Origin: the human T2T-CHM13v2.0 reference genome, Homo sapiens
Assembly: GCF_009914755.1 (NCBI RefSeq)
Contig: NC_060931.1
DNA length: 64,000 nucleotides
Reading direction: 5' to 3' (one strand)
The position numbers and the translations under genes were made by a program. A model generated the notes under the pieces. The model had not been told where the DNA came from and searched no databases. It was given only the letters and a program-made list of their open reading frames with translations. Shown piece by piece: positions 26,561 through 40,404 of this stretch (position 1 is its first letter; each line of letters opens with the position of its first letter).

Positions 26561-28619
26561 GAATCTTCAGGAACCCGTGGAACTATCACAAAAGGTATAT
26601 TGTTCTTGTTATCAGAGTCCCAGAAGGAGAGGAAATAAAAAATAATGCTATAAAAGTACTTGAAGAAAGAAGGGCTGAAACTCTCTAAACTAGGCAAAAG
26701 ATGTAAGACTACAGATTTAAGAAGTGGGCCAAACACTGAACAGGGTAAACCCAAATAAAACAGCACCAAGACAAATCGCAGTTAAACTTCTGTAAACTAA
26801 TGGCAAATGAAAATCATTAAAGTATTCAAAGAGAAACACCACCTTACCTATGGGTGGAAAAGAATTCATATGACAGCAGATTTTCTATCAGAAACCATGA
26901 AGGAAAGATGAAGTGGGGCAAAGCATTGTTCAAGTGCTAAAAGAAGAAACTGTCAACCAATATCACTTGTCAAGCAAAAATACCCCTCAGGAATGGAGGG
27001 GAAGGCAAAACATTCTGAGGTGGGGAAAAAAAAAAAAAAGAAAATGCTTTGCCAGCAGATCTACCATAAAGGAAAGGCTAAAGGAAGTTCTCTAAACAAG
27101 AAAGACATGACAAAACACAGAATACAGGAATGTCAAGAGTGAAGAAAGAACAGGGAAACAGCAAAATAAATAAGTGAATAGGTAAATACAACAATCATAT
27201 CATAAAAGTACAATTACATTATAAACAGGGGAGGGCAGACAGTAATCGTAGATGAGATTTCTATACTTCCTTTGTACTGGCAAAATGATGGCATGAGCAC
27301 ACTCTGATGGCAATTTAATGTATATGTAATGCAATAAATGGAATAACTACAGAAAAAGCTAGACAAAGAGATACATTCAAAAACCCTATAGATAAATTAA
27401 AATGAAATTCTAAAACTGCTCCAGTAAGGCAGAAAAAAGTCAACAAAATGAAAACAGAACAAAAAGAAAACAAAAAATAGAATGGCAGATTTTAGTTCTA
27501 ACAGCAGTAAGTACATTTACTGTAAATGGTCTTAATACATCAAGTACAAGACAGAGACTGACAGAATAATGAACATGGGCAAACTATATGCAATGTTTGA
27601 AAAAAACTCACTTCAAGTACAATTAAAATATCTTAACAAATTTAAAATAATTGAAAGCATACAGAGTGTGCACTATGATGATGGAATCAAAGTAGAAATC
27701 AATAACAAACATAAAATAGATTTTCTGACAATTAAAAACAATACATTTTCATACAGTTCACAGGTCAAAAAAGAAGTCTGAAAGGATGCAATTGAGTAAA
27801 AATGAAAATACAATTTGTCAGTGATTGTGAGTCACAGCTGAAGCAGTACTGGGGAGGAAATTTATAGCACTGAATGTATGCATTTTGAAGAGAGGAAAGA
27901 GTCTTACTCTAGTCTCCTTCCAAGAACCTAGAAAAAGAAGAGCAAAATCAATCCAATGCAAGCAGAAGGAAGTAAGTAATAAAAATAAGAACATAAATCA
28001 ATGAAACTGAAAACAGAAAATCATTAGAGAATATTAGGGAAACAAGTAACTGGTTCTTTTTAAAGATTTTAGAAAAACCCTAGCAAGATGTATTAGTTTG
28101 TTTTCACTCTGCTGTTAAAGACATACCCAAAACTGGGAAGAAAAAGAGGTTTAATTGGACTTGCAGTTCTAAATGGCTGGGGAGGTCTCAGAATCACGGC
28201 AGGAGGCCAAAGGCACACCTTACATGGCAGTGGCAAGAGAAAAATGAGAAAGAAGCAAAAGCGGAAACCCCTGATAAACCCATCAGATCTTGTGAGCCTT
28301 TTTCACTTTCACAAGAATAGCACAGAAAAGATAGGTCCCCATGATTCAATTACCTCCCTGGGTCCCTCCCACAACATGTGGGAATTCTGGGAGATACAAT
28401 TCAAGTTGAGATTTGGGTGGGGACACAGCCAAACCATCTAATTCCGCCCATGGCCCCTCCAAGTCTCATGTCCTCACATTTCAAAACCAATCATGCCTTC
28501 CCAATAGTCCCCTGAACTCTTAACTCATTTCAGCATTAACCCAAAAGTCCACAGTCCAAAGTTTCATCTGAGACAGGGTAAGTCTCTTCCACCTATTACC
28601 CTGTAAAATCAAAAACGAG

Positions 28620-29381
28620 CTATTTACTTCCTAGGTACAGTGGGGGTACAGGTATTGGGTAAATACAGCCATTCCAAATGGGAGAAATTGTCCAAAACAA
28701 AGGGGTTACAGGCCCCACACAAGTCTGAACTCCAGCAAGGCAGTCAAATTTTAAAGCCCCAAAATGATTTCTGTTGACTCCAGGTCTCACATCCAGGTCA
28801 CACTGATGCAAGAGGTGGGTTCCCATGTTCTTGGGCAGCTCTGCCCCTGTGGCTTTGCAGGGTACAGCCTCCCTCCTGGCTGCTTTCACAGGCTGGTGTT
28901 GAGTGTCTGCAGCTTTTCCAGGCACACGGTGCAAGCTGTTGGTGGATCTATCATTCTGGGGTCTGGCGGACGGTGGTCTTCTTCTCACAGCTCCAGTAGG
29001 CAGTGCCCCAGTAGGGACTCTGTGTGGGGGCTCTGATCCCACATTTCCATTCCACACTTCTCTGGCAGAAGTTCTGCTTGAGGACCCTACCCCTTCAGCA
29101 AACTTTTGCCTGGGCATCCAGGCATTACCATACATCTTCTGAAATCTAGACAGAGGTTCCCAAACCTCAATTCTTGACTTCTGTGCACCTGCAAGCTCAA
29201 AACCACATGGAAGCTGCCAAGGCTTGGGGCTTCCACCCTCTGAAGCCTCAGACTGAGCTCTATGTTGGCCCCTTTCAGCCATGGCTGTAATGGCTGGGAC
29301 ACAGGGCACCAAGTTCCTAGGCTGCACACAGCATGGAGACCCTGGGCCCTGCCCACAAAACCACTTTTTCCTCCTGGGCAT
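28620..29381 (-). pseudogene. THE1-int ORF remnant (253 codons open)
   Basis: typical MaLR ORF peptide 'SPKPWQLPCG...AQKSRIEVWEP..RFQKMYGNAWMPRQKFA'. Confidence 0.75.
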
Positions 29382-29660
29382 CAGGGCCTGTGATGGGAGA
29401 GTCTGCCATGAAGGCCTCTAACATGGCCTGGAGACATTTCCCCCATGGTCTTGGGGATTAACATTAGGTTCCTTGCTACTATGCAAATTTCTGTAGCCAG
29501 CTTGAATTTCTACTCAAAAAATGGGTTTTTCTTCTCTACTGCATTGTTAGGCTGCAAATTTTCTGAACTTTTATGCTCTGTTTCCCTTTTAAAATGGAAT
29601 GCTTTTAACAGCACCCAAGTCACTTTTTGAATGCTTTGATGCTTGGAAATTTCTTCCTCC

Positions 29661-29961
<301 letters not shown>

Positions 29962-32900
29962 GGAAATTTCTTCTTCCAGTTACCCTAAATCATCTCTCTC
30001 AAGTTCAAAGTTCCACACATCTCTAGGGGAAGGGCAAAATGCTGCCAGTCTCTTTGCTAAAACACAACCAGAGTCACCTTTGCTACAGTTCCCAACAAGT
30101 TCCTCATCTCCATCTGAGACCACCTTAGCCTGGACCTTATTGTTCTTATCACTACCAACATTTTTTTTCAAAGCCATTCAACAAGTCTCTAGGAGGTTCC
30201 AAACTTTCCCACATTTTCTTTTTTTCTTCTGAGCCCTCCAAACTGTTCCAGCCTCTGCCTATTATGTAGTTCCAAAGTCGCTTCCACATTTTTGGGTATC
30301 TTTTCAGCAACGCCTCACTCTACCAGTACCAATTTACTGTATTAATTCATTTTCTCGCTGCTAATAAAGACATACCCAAAACTAGGAACAAAAACAGGTT
30401 TAATTGGACTTACAGTTCCACAGGGCTGGGGAGGCCTCAGAATCATGCTGGGAAGTGAAAGGCACTTCTTACATGATGGTGGCAAGAGAAAAATGAGGAA
30501 GAAGCAAAAGCAGAAACCCCTGATTAACCTGTCAAATCCTGTGAGACTTATTTACTATCAGGAGAATCACACAGGAAAGCCCAGCCCCCATGATTCAATT
30601 ACCCCCCTGGGGCCCCTCCCACAACACGTGGGAATTCTGGGAGATACAATTCAAGGTGTGATTTGGGTGGGGAAACAAACCATATCACAAGACTGACAGA
30701 GAAAAAAAAAAGAAGGCATAAATTATTAATCTCAGGCATGAAAGAGGGAATATCACCATAGTCACTGAAGACATCAAAAGAATAATAAGGGAATACTATC
30801 AACAACTCTATACATATCTATTTGACAATTTAGATGACATAGACCAATTCAAAACTGTAATAACTCATCTAATATGAAATAGATAATCTGAATAACACTA
30901 TATTAGGAAAATTATAATGTATGATTTAATAACTACACCCCATACCTCCAAAATGTCCAAGCCAAGATGATTTCACTGGAGAATTCTACAAAACATTTAA
31001 AGAAAAATTAACACTAACTGTACATAATCCCTTCCTGAAATTATGATAAAAAATTCGGAATTATTTTTATGAAGGTAGTATTACCCCGATACTAAAACCA
31101 AAGATGGTATGAAAGAAAAAAAGAAAGAAAATGAAACTATAAGTTATATCATTCATAAACATGGATGAAAATTCTTAACCAGATATTAGTCAACAGAATT
31201 CACCAATATATAAAAAGAATTATACACATGGGGCTTATTCCAGGAATGCAAGAGTGGTTCAATATTTACAATTAACCAGTGTAATCCATTATTTTAGTAG
31301 CTGAACGAAGTAAAAGTTCTACCTAAAGCATCTTCCAAATGCAAATTGAATGCCACTTTTTTGCTTGAATTTTTGATGTTTCAAGAGAGCATTACAGAAA
31401 GTATTTACCAAAGCCCTTGACCTTAGTATGCAGGGTCCTTGGTCCTCTGCCACGCTGTCATTTTCCCTCTGCCACATGCACATGCTGTCACCCTGTGCTT
31501 CACACTGCTTTTCTAGAACCATCTGAGCATGGTTCCAATTTATCATTCCACATTGTATTATACAGTCTTCTGACTCTTTCCATTTCAGCAATTTCTCAAG
31601 CCAAACTACATAATGATAACCTAATTTCCTTCAACTTTAGCAGTACTCAAAGAATGTTATATTTCACATTGCTACAATTCACTGAAGCTGATCTAGTGTC
31701 CTGAAAAGAGAGAGGAATAAAAGATACTGGTATCTGAAGGTGGCACACCCGATGCTGAGATATTCTCTTTTGCATAAACTCATGGAGGGCTTACACTGAT
31801 CTTTGCATTAACAGCCTAAGTATATAGATGGGAAACAGATTCACAGAGGCAAACACAGGACAAAACAGTGGCTTTGTATCTGTCTAATTTTACTTTCCAC
31901 AGTCTTTCCACCTTGGCATTTTCTTTTCAATTAAGGTTTATTGAGTGCTAGAAAAGAGAAAGGGGTAAACACTCTGGGTGGGATGTAATTTAGATTCCAC
32001 ATCTATGCCTGGCTTGCTGAGAAATTATGCTTTAATGCTTAATATAGTGCCAGGAGGCACCCTATAGGTAACTGATAATGCTGATGACCCTGTAATGCAT
32101 TCCTCTGCTCCCCTCACCATCCCATCTTTGACTCAGCTCTGGGTGTCTGCTTCATGCCTGCCTTTCATTCTCTGGTGACGTCCAGTTATCATGTCAGAGG
32201 ACACTCCTCTCCTCATCCCTCCCTTGGAGATAGCTACCTCATTCCACCCTTTAGGTAACCATTGTGGTCAAATGCATCATGGAACTATTAGATATACATC
32301 TTAAATCAACATATTTACCAGGCTCAAGGGGCAACATTGCTCAATATCCTCTTAAGAAATAAACATGAACAAATTCCTTGTGAGAAAGTGATTTACGGTT
32401 TAAAGTTTCTTTTAACAGGAAACATGTTGTGACTTCTCTCCTCCAGCCCATCCACGACTGTTGGGGAGTCTTCCACGGGGGCTGACCTTGGCCTGGAAGG
32501 TGTTCTTTAAACATAAACACAAGCTGAAAGGGTAACCAAGGCTAGATTAGCTCTTAAGCAAACCAACAATTTCAGAAACAAAAATAAAAATACAGCCTTG
32601 TGTATAAAATTATTGATTTTCTCAGCAGTGGACACAAAACATTGCCTAAAAGGTTGGAAATAATCCCCATAAAGATCTATGCAAAATGATGCTCTTGGAG
32701 CAGACGTGGGCCAGAAAGATCTTAACATCTTTGAGCAAACACACTGATGAAGAATAAAAGCTAAACATTTTCACTACAAAATATATTGACCTTAATTGTA
32801 ATCTTTATCAACTTTTCTTATTACTGAACTGATACCATTTCATGTATAAATGTAAAAATCATGGCTAATTCCACCACCCAGAGATAACAACAAAGTTTAT

Positions 32901-33015
32901 TTGCTATTTGCGTATGCTTACATATAATACATTAATATACATACTATTACATAAAATGTTTAATATTTAATTTCCACATACTTGTAAATGTACATACATA
33001 AAAGAGATTATATGG

Positions 33016-33921
33016 TGATATGGTTAGGCTTTATGTCGCTGCCGAGACCAGCTCGGTCAGGGAGACCCTAACCCAGCGGCGCTAGAGGAATTAAAGACAC
33101 ACACACACAGAAATATAGAGGTATGAACTGGGAAATCAGGGGTCTCACAGCCTTCAGAGCTGAGAGCCCCAAACAGAGATTTACCCACGTATTTATTAAC
33201 AGCAAGCCAGTCATTAGCATTGTTTCTATAGATATTAAATTAACTAAAAGTATCCCTTATGGGAAACAAAGTGATGGGCCGAATTAAAGGAATAGGTTGG
33301 GCTAATTAACTGCAGAAGGAGCATGTCCTTAAGGCACAGATCACTCATGCTATTGTTTGTGGCTTAAGAAGGCCTTTAAGCGGTTTTCCGCCCTGGGTGG
33401 GCCAGGTGTTCCTTGCCCTCATTCCCGTAAACCCACAACCTTCCAGCTTGGGCGTTAGGGCCATTATGAACATGTTACAGTGCTGCAGAGATTTTGTTTA
33501 TGGCCAGTTTTGGGGCCAGTTTACGGCCAGATTTTGGGGGGCCTGCTCCCAACAGTCCCCGTCAAAATCTCATGTTGAATTGTAATCCCCGTAATCCTCA
33601 TAATGCCTGTGTATCAAGGGAGAGACCAGGTGGAGGTAATTGAATTATGGGGGTGGTTTCCCCAATGCTTTTCTCATGAGAGTGAGTGAGCGCTCAAATA
33701 TCTGATGGTTTTTAAGGGGCTCTTCCCCCTTTGCTTGGCCATTCTCCTTCTTGCCGCCTTGTAAAGCAGGTGCTTGGCTTTCCCTTCGCCTTCTATCATG
33801 ATTGTAAGTTTCCTGAGGCTTCCCCAACCATGCAGAACTGTGAGTCAATTAAACCTCTTTCCTTTATAAGTTACCTAGTCTCGGGCAGCTCTTTATAGCA
33901 GTGTGAAAACAGATGAACACA
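33016..33921 (+). mobile_element. THE1C/D solo LTR interrupted by MER9
   Basis: 'tgatatggttaggctttatgtc|ccc...'; perfect TSD tatgg (33011-15 / 33922-26). Confidence 0.9.
33040..33554 (-). mobile_element. MER9a solo LTR (HERV-K9/HML-3)
   Basis: antisense 'tgttgggagcaggccccccaaaatctggcc...gagctggtctcggca'; TSD gtcgc/gtccc. Confidence 0.93.
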
Positions 33922-35059
33922 TATGGCATACACTGTTTTGCAATGTGCCCTTTATGTATTTGCTGAGTTTCTTCTTAATTCATAATGGGTGAGATCTCCA
34001 CTTTATATAGAAAAAAAGTGGTCCAAATATACATTATATTATTTTAATTTTAAATTATCTTTGACCCATAGATTTTTACTTTAGTACATGAGTCTAACAA
34101 TGTTACCCATTATTGTATCTATTTTTGGTAGAAAGCTAGAAAGTAATACAAATGCACAGAAAAGGCATATATAAAAATTGCTTAATGATGTTAGATAGGC
34201 TGATGGGTATCTAAATATACACATCTAAATATATTTGTGCATCTATGCATGCATGTAAGAGTATCAAATTTTGAGCAAAATTTGTTGGCATTCACCTTTT
34301 TATAATTTGTTTTATAGTACACTATAGTGTTAGTCTGTATCATTGATTAGTTTGATTTTATCAATCTAGCTCAATATTGTTTATCACATACAGATTTATA
34401 ACATAAAGCCTACACATGGCATTTTCTCCATAAGGAACCTTCTTTCTCAGATGTTCCTTTGTTTTTCTTTTATGAATTTGATTTTACAGGAAGGTAAATA
34501 TGAGTTTATAAAGTTACAAATATATCTCATTGGGATGTTATCACAAACAAGAACAGAAACAAAACAAAATGAAACCTCAATATGTGAACTGATTTGGAAA
34601 CAGTCTTCCTTTTTAAACCACTGATTCATATTATTTACAAACACTATCTGTTTCTACTGACTCTTTTATTAATTTATTCAAACTCTTTACAAATCTTAGA
34701 AAAGAATTTTTTTGAAAATCATGTTAAATTATTTCTATATTTATTTTTTATTGCTGTTGAAAATATGAATATCAATCTATTATATTATATAGTGAGTTAT
34801 TACTGGCAAGTGTATATTATTTTCTGATCACCTACTTTATTTAATTTTGTTCTTGGCTCTAGTTGTTTCTCTTTATTTTTTCCTTCCAAAATGACAATTA
34901 AATTAGGATAATTTTTTGTCCTTTACAGCTTTTAAAAATTGTAGTTCTTGATTATTTTTTGTATGTATGATTCCTTGTTCTGACAATAGTGAGTTGTGAT
35001 TCTAAGACATTTGGGACAGATGTTAAAATAATTGTATCATACCACTTGATCATCTCAAA

Positions 35060-37050
35060 CAATTGGTTTAATTTTAGATCTTTATTCTTTTCTAATATAT
35101 GTATTTTATGCTATGAGTTTCCATCTAAGTGCTTATTTTCTTGTATCCTGCAAATTTTGATAAGTTATGTATTAAAAAAATTTTTTTTGGAGACAGAGTC
35201 TTGCTCTGTTGCCTAGGCTGGAGTGCAGTGGTGCAATCTTGGCTTACTACAACCTCTGTCTCCTGGGTTCAAGTGATTCTCGTGCCAGAGTAGCTGGGAT
35301 TACAGGCACGCGCCACTACACCTGGGGAATTTTTGTATTTTCAGTAGAGACAGGGTTTCACCATGTTGGCCAGGCTGATCCCGAACTCCTGGACTCAAGT
35401 GATCCACCTGCCTGAGCCTTCCAAAGTGCTGGGATTACAGGTGTGAGCCACCAGGCCTGGCCTAATAGTTTATATTTTCATTTTCATTTAGTTCAAGATC
35501 TTTTTACAACTTTTCTTGAGACTTCTTTGATCCATGTATTATTCAGAACTGTGTTGTTTAAACTTAAAATATTTGGGGATTTTCCATTTATCTTTCTGTT
35601 ATTAATTTGTAGTACAATTCCATTGTGGTCTGAGTGCATGCTTCATACGACTTCTACTCTTCTAAATTTGTTAAGGTGTTTTTCTACTCCTTTAAATTTA
35701 TTAATGGTGCTGCTGAGTTCTACTATGTCTTCACTGATTTTCTGCCTACTAGGTCTGTTCATTTCTAATAGACAGTGTTGGAGTCTCCAGCTATGATAGT
35801 GGATTCATCTATTTCGATGTGCAGTTCTATCTGGTTTTGCCTCATGTATTTTGGTGCTTTGTTGTTAGGTACATACGTTTTAAGGACTGTTATATCTTCT
35901 TGGAGAGCTGACTCCCTTATCATTTTGTAATGTCCCCCTTTGTCACTAATAAACTAGCTTGCCCTGAAATCTGCTCTTCTGAAATTAATATAGCTATTCT
36001 AGCTTTCTCTCAATTAGCATTATCATGGTATATACTCTCCCATCCCTTTACTTTTAATTTTCCTGTGTCTTCATATTTAAAATGTGTTTTAAATATAACT
36101 CTTATAAGCTCTTATAAGCTCTGTCTTTTATTTGGTGTATTTAGGCCATTCACATTTAATATAATATAGTATTTATATGCATATACTTGTAACTGTTTTA
36201 TATTTGTTGTTTGCGTTCCCTTTTTCTTTTTCTGTCTTTCACTCTTTTCTGCTTTTCCTGTATTTAACTGAGTATTTTATATGCTCCGTTTTATCTCTTC
36301 TCTTATCAATTATATTTCTTTTTTTAATTTATTTGGTGATTGTCCTAGAGTTTGCAATATGCATTTACAATTAATCTAAGTTCACTTTCGAAAAACAGAT
36401 ATCATTTCACAAGTAGTGCAGTTACCTTATAAGTGAATATTTTCAATATCTTCCTCCTATCCCTAATAACATTCCTTCATTCATTTAAATGCTTATCTAC
36501 ATTATAATCACTGAACACATTGTTGCTATTATTAATTTGAACAAACTTCTATTTGTTACATCAATTAAGAATAAGAAAAATAAAAATAATACTTTACCTT
36601 CATTTGTTCCTTCTCTATCACTCTTCCTTTCTGTATCTATATCCAAGTTTCTGACTTAGCACATTTTTCCTTTTTTCTTAAATTAATTTTTTTTTCAAAA
36701 TTTATTGTGTGGTGAACTTACTGGTGACAAATTCTCTCAATTTTTGTTTGAAAAAAACTATTTCTTCACTTTCTATAGATAATTTCTCTAGATATAGAAT
36801 TCTAGCTTAGTTTCTTTCAAAGCTTTAAAACTGTTACTCCACTCTCTTCTTGTTGATCTTGTTTCTGAAGTCCAGTGTAATTCCAATCCTCACTTCTCTG
36901 TAAGTAAGGTGTTCTCCCCATCCCTCAGCTTCTTCCAAGACAGATAGAAGAACCGCTGATTTTCATCTTGGTCATCTTTTTTCTTGTTGTGAGGATGGGG
37001 CTGATGACTTCCAAGTTCTTTACATGTCAAACTGGAAACTGGAAGTCCCT
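35060..37050 (-). mobile_element. old L1M: ORF2 5' part and inter-ORF joined to a 5'-terminus-like segment
   Basis: 'attccattgtggtctgag', 'tgttggagtctccagctatgatagtggattc'; 5'-end-like 'gatgacttccaagttctttacatg...ctggaagtcc'. Confidence 0.7.
35181..35462 (-). mobile_element. AluS
   Basis: antisense dimer with poly(T). Confidence 0.95.
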
Positions 37051-38139
37051 TTGATTTAAGATGGAAGTTGTTTGTCATGCTAAAGAAGGATTCTGCTTTT
37101 CCATTTCATAATTGTTAGTTTAACCATCTATGAAATTTATATGATTTCAAATGCCTACTAGTTGTCTATAACTTTCCTTGTGTTTCTAGGGCTTATTATT
37201 TCATATATACTTTCAAAATGAAATTTGTCTTTCGTCCATGAATATACATTGCCTGCTCATAACTTAGTTTTGGATTTTGTATTTGAGAATTATACTTGCT
37301 TGGTTTTTCATTTTTCATCTCTAGTTTTGAATAATTTATGCTTACAGTTTTAATTTCAACCTTTTTTGGGGGATCAGAAAATGGAATGAATGAAGAATTA
37401 GGAGCATGCTAACATACAAGGAAAAAGGAAGCTTTTGCTATTTTTCGTATTCTTGAAACAGTTCATGTGGCAGGGGAATTCCCCGGTCATTGATGGTCTA
37501 AAATAACTGGCAATATTTATTTTGCCTTTTCTCATTAAAATGATTTTGTTATTCACTATTGGTTATTCCATATCTTAATATCTAACTTTTCTTCATTTAT
37601 TTGATGGGGTAATTTTTTTCATAGATAGAAGTAAATGCATACATACACACAAGTACATATACATATATATATACACACACACACTCATACATGCACATAT
37701 ATAATAATGAAAGTTAATATGTCTACCACTTTTGCCTTCTAAAATCTTTGCTCGTTGCTCTATTTTTTAGTGTTGCTAGGAATAGCTTAATGCTAGGCAG
37801 ATGTTTGTTTCTTTGGGTCAAAACTGGTATTTTCTCCTACTTGAATGACAGAATACTTTTTTCTTTATTTCCCTAGTTTAAATGCTTTGTAAGAGTGTGA
37901 TCAGGTTTTGCTCCTTTTCATGGAATTTACCTATAATGTGGCAATCTTCACTTTTTTTTTCTTTCAAAGACATATCCACTTTACATTTTTTCTAATGCCC
38001 CTCTTTTATCCCTGAAGTCTGGGTAGAGGTTTTCAGGTATTTCATCGAAATCTGTTAATTGGATTTTCCACAGTTTGAATTCCATCCCTTTTATACCTCC
38101 AATATAGGCTTTAAATGCTGTCTTGAAATAGAAAAGAAA

Positions 38140-38521
38140 TACGCCTTAGGTATATGTGTCTGTATTTGCTGTACTACCTCATTGTCTTGATTACTACCAA
38201 ATTTCAATGAGCATTATTATCTGGAACTGCCAGTCCTGCAAGTTTGTTCTATTTCAATAGTTTCTTAAATATATATTTGCCTTTGCATTTCCATATACAT
38301 TTTTAGAATCAGCATGCCAATTTCCACTAAAAAATCTGCTGGGATTTTTGTTTGAAATTGACATAGACCTCCTGCATTTAATTGAATTACTGCTATAGTT
38401 GCGTTTTACCTTTTATCTTTGAGTATACTTTTGTTGTCATCTTGGATATTACAAAATATAAACTATGAACCAAATTATTACTTTTACTATTTTCTAATAA
38501 TCTCAGGACTTTGGAATTGTG

Positions 38522-38579
<58 letters not shown>

Positions 38580-40130
38580 TATATATATATATATATGTAT
38601 CCTACTGCCAGCTCTGGCTTTATGTTAACCATAAGTTTTAATTATTATCATTTTAAACCTATAAGATGCTACTGTTAATGCCTGTGTAGTAAGTTTTCTT
38701 TTGTATTTTCTCACGTATTAATCTCTCCCATTGTTCTGAGAAGTCAGCTGTGCATATTTTACTTGTAAATTTATAAACAGTGTGCCCTTTTTTCTCTGGA
38801 TGCTTTATCATTTTTTCCTTGCTTTGATTTGCAATAGTTAGACTTTGTGTGTCTGGGTTCTGGGTGTGTGTTTTTTTTTCTTTTTCTTTTCTTTGTTTAA
38901 AAAATCCTGCTTGAGCTGGCTGAGCTTCTCAAATGTACAGTTTGATGTTATTCATCAGTTTCAGGGAAATTCTTTGCCATTGTAAAAAACATTACTTTTA
39001 ACCCATTTTCCCATATTATTCTGGGACAGCAATTACAGGAATATTAGGCCTTCTGATGATGTACTATATATCACTTCTAATCTGTTTTGTGATGTTTTAA
39101 AATTTTTTTTCCTCTCTCTGTATTTCTATTTATGTAGTTCCTATGAATCTAATTTCTATGTCATCAATTCTGCGCTTTTCTGCAGCCTTTTATTCAATGA
39201 ATACATTGAGTTCTTAATTTCAGTTGTTATTCCTCAGTTGTTAAATATGAATTTTATCTTCATATAATAAAAATTTCTATTGAATTTTCATAGATTTTCA
39301 CCTATTTTGTGCTTCTTCCTTTCTTATTTTCTTAAGAATAGTCATAATAGTTATTTTAAAGTCTACTGCTAGCTGTAATTATAATCACCTGTAGGTCTGC
39401 CTTGATTTTTCTTTTGGTTTTCGGATAATCCCATCTATTTTCATGGCTAGTAATTTTTGGTAGAATGCCAGCCACAGTTTAAAAAATAAAAATAAAAAGC
39501 TACTTAGCCTTCAGCTTTGCCCAGATTGGCCAGTGGTCCCAGAGAGAAAGTGGTGGCAGATTTTCCATATCACTTCACTTTTTCACCCCCTCCAGGCTTG
39601 CAGCTCTCACCGGTGTGTCCAGTACCTCCTTTTCTCTTGGGTCCTTGTCTTGTGAGCGTCCAAACACTGGGAGGCGGAAGGACATTCCCTGCTGCTTTTC
39701 AGATTTTGTGGTTTAGCTCTTTGGTTTTCAGCCTACACAGCTTCGGAGTTTACCAAATACCTGAAGGGAGAAATTGCCTTGTGTCTGAGCACCCTCTGCT
39801 TGTCTAACCTCTCTGCCCATCAGCAACTGCCCTTTGCTCCACCCAAGCCCAGTCTTGCAGCTCTGGCTCCTTCTCAAAACCAACAGATGCTACTCGGGTT
39901 TCAAGGGACCCTGGGAATCGCCTACAACCATGCCCTCTCATCTGGAATTTTCTTCTTTTAGTTTTTGTTGCTACATCTATATTGATACCTATATGTGCAC
40001 AGGTCATATATTTGGGAATTTGTCCAGGTTTCAGATTGTTCTCAGTGAGAAGTTGGGCTGAGTGGATCCTCCATCCCACTCAGTAGCAGAAAACTTCAGT
40101 GTGGATTGTAATTCCATTACTGTGCTTTTC
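38140..40130 (-). mobile_element. very old L1M(E) fragments (ORF2, ORF1, 5' region)
   Basis: 'ttccatatacatttttagaatcagc...aatctgctgggatttttg', 'ttctgggacagcaattacagg'. Confidence 0.55.
38521..38600. repeat. (TA)n(CA)n(TA)n compound microsatellite
   Basis: direct; a similar CA/TA tract lies at ~37640-37700. Confidence 0.95.
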
Positions 40131-40404
40131 ACTTGCTGCCATCCTTCCTCATACATATATATCCTTCCATTCCATGGAAATATCATTAGAGGAGAAATTT
40201 TTTCATCCTTTTTTTCAACAAATGTAGGCTATATAAGAAAATAATAATTTTCCCAAACTTACATGAACATCACAATATTACATAAAACCATGTAAGGGAA
40301 ATAATAGAAAAACAAGTTAAAATAGAAAGATAAGTAGTTATATTAAGAATAATTTAAAAAAATACTTCACTTAGTGTTTCGGGCAAATTTTTCTATTGTC
40401 CATC

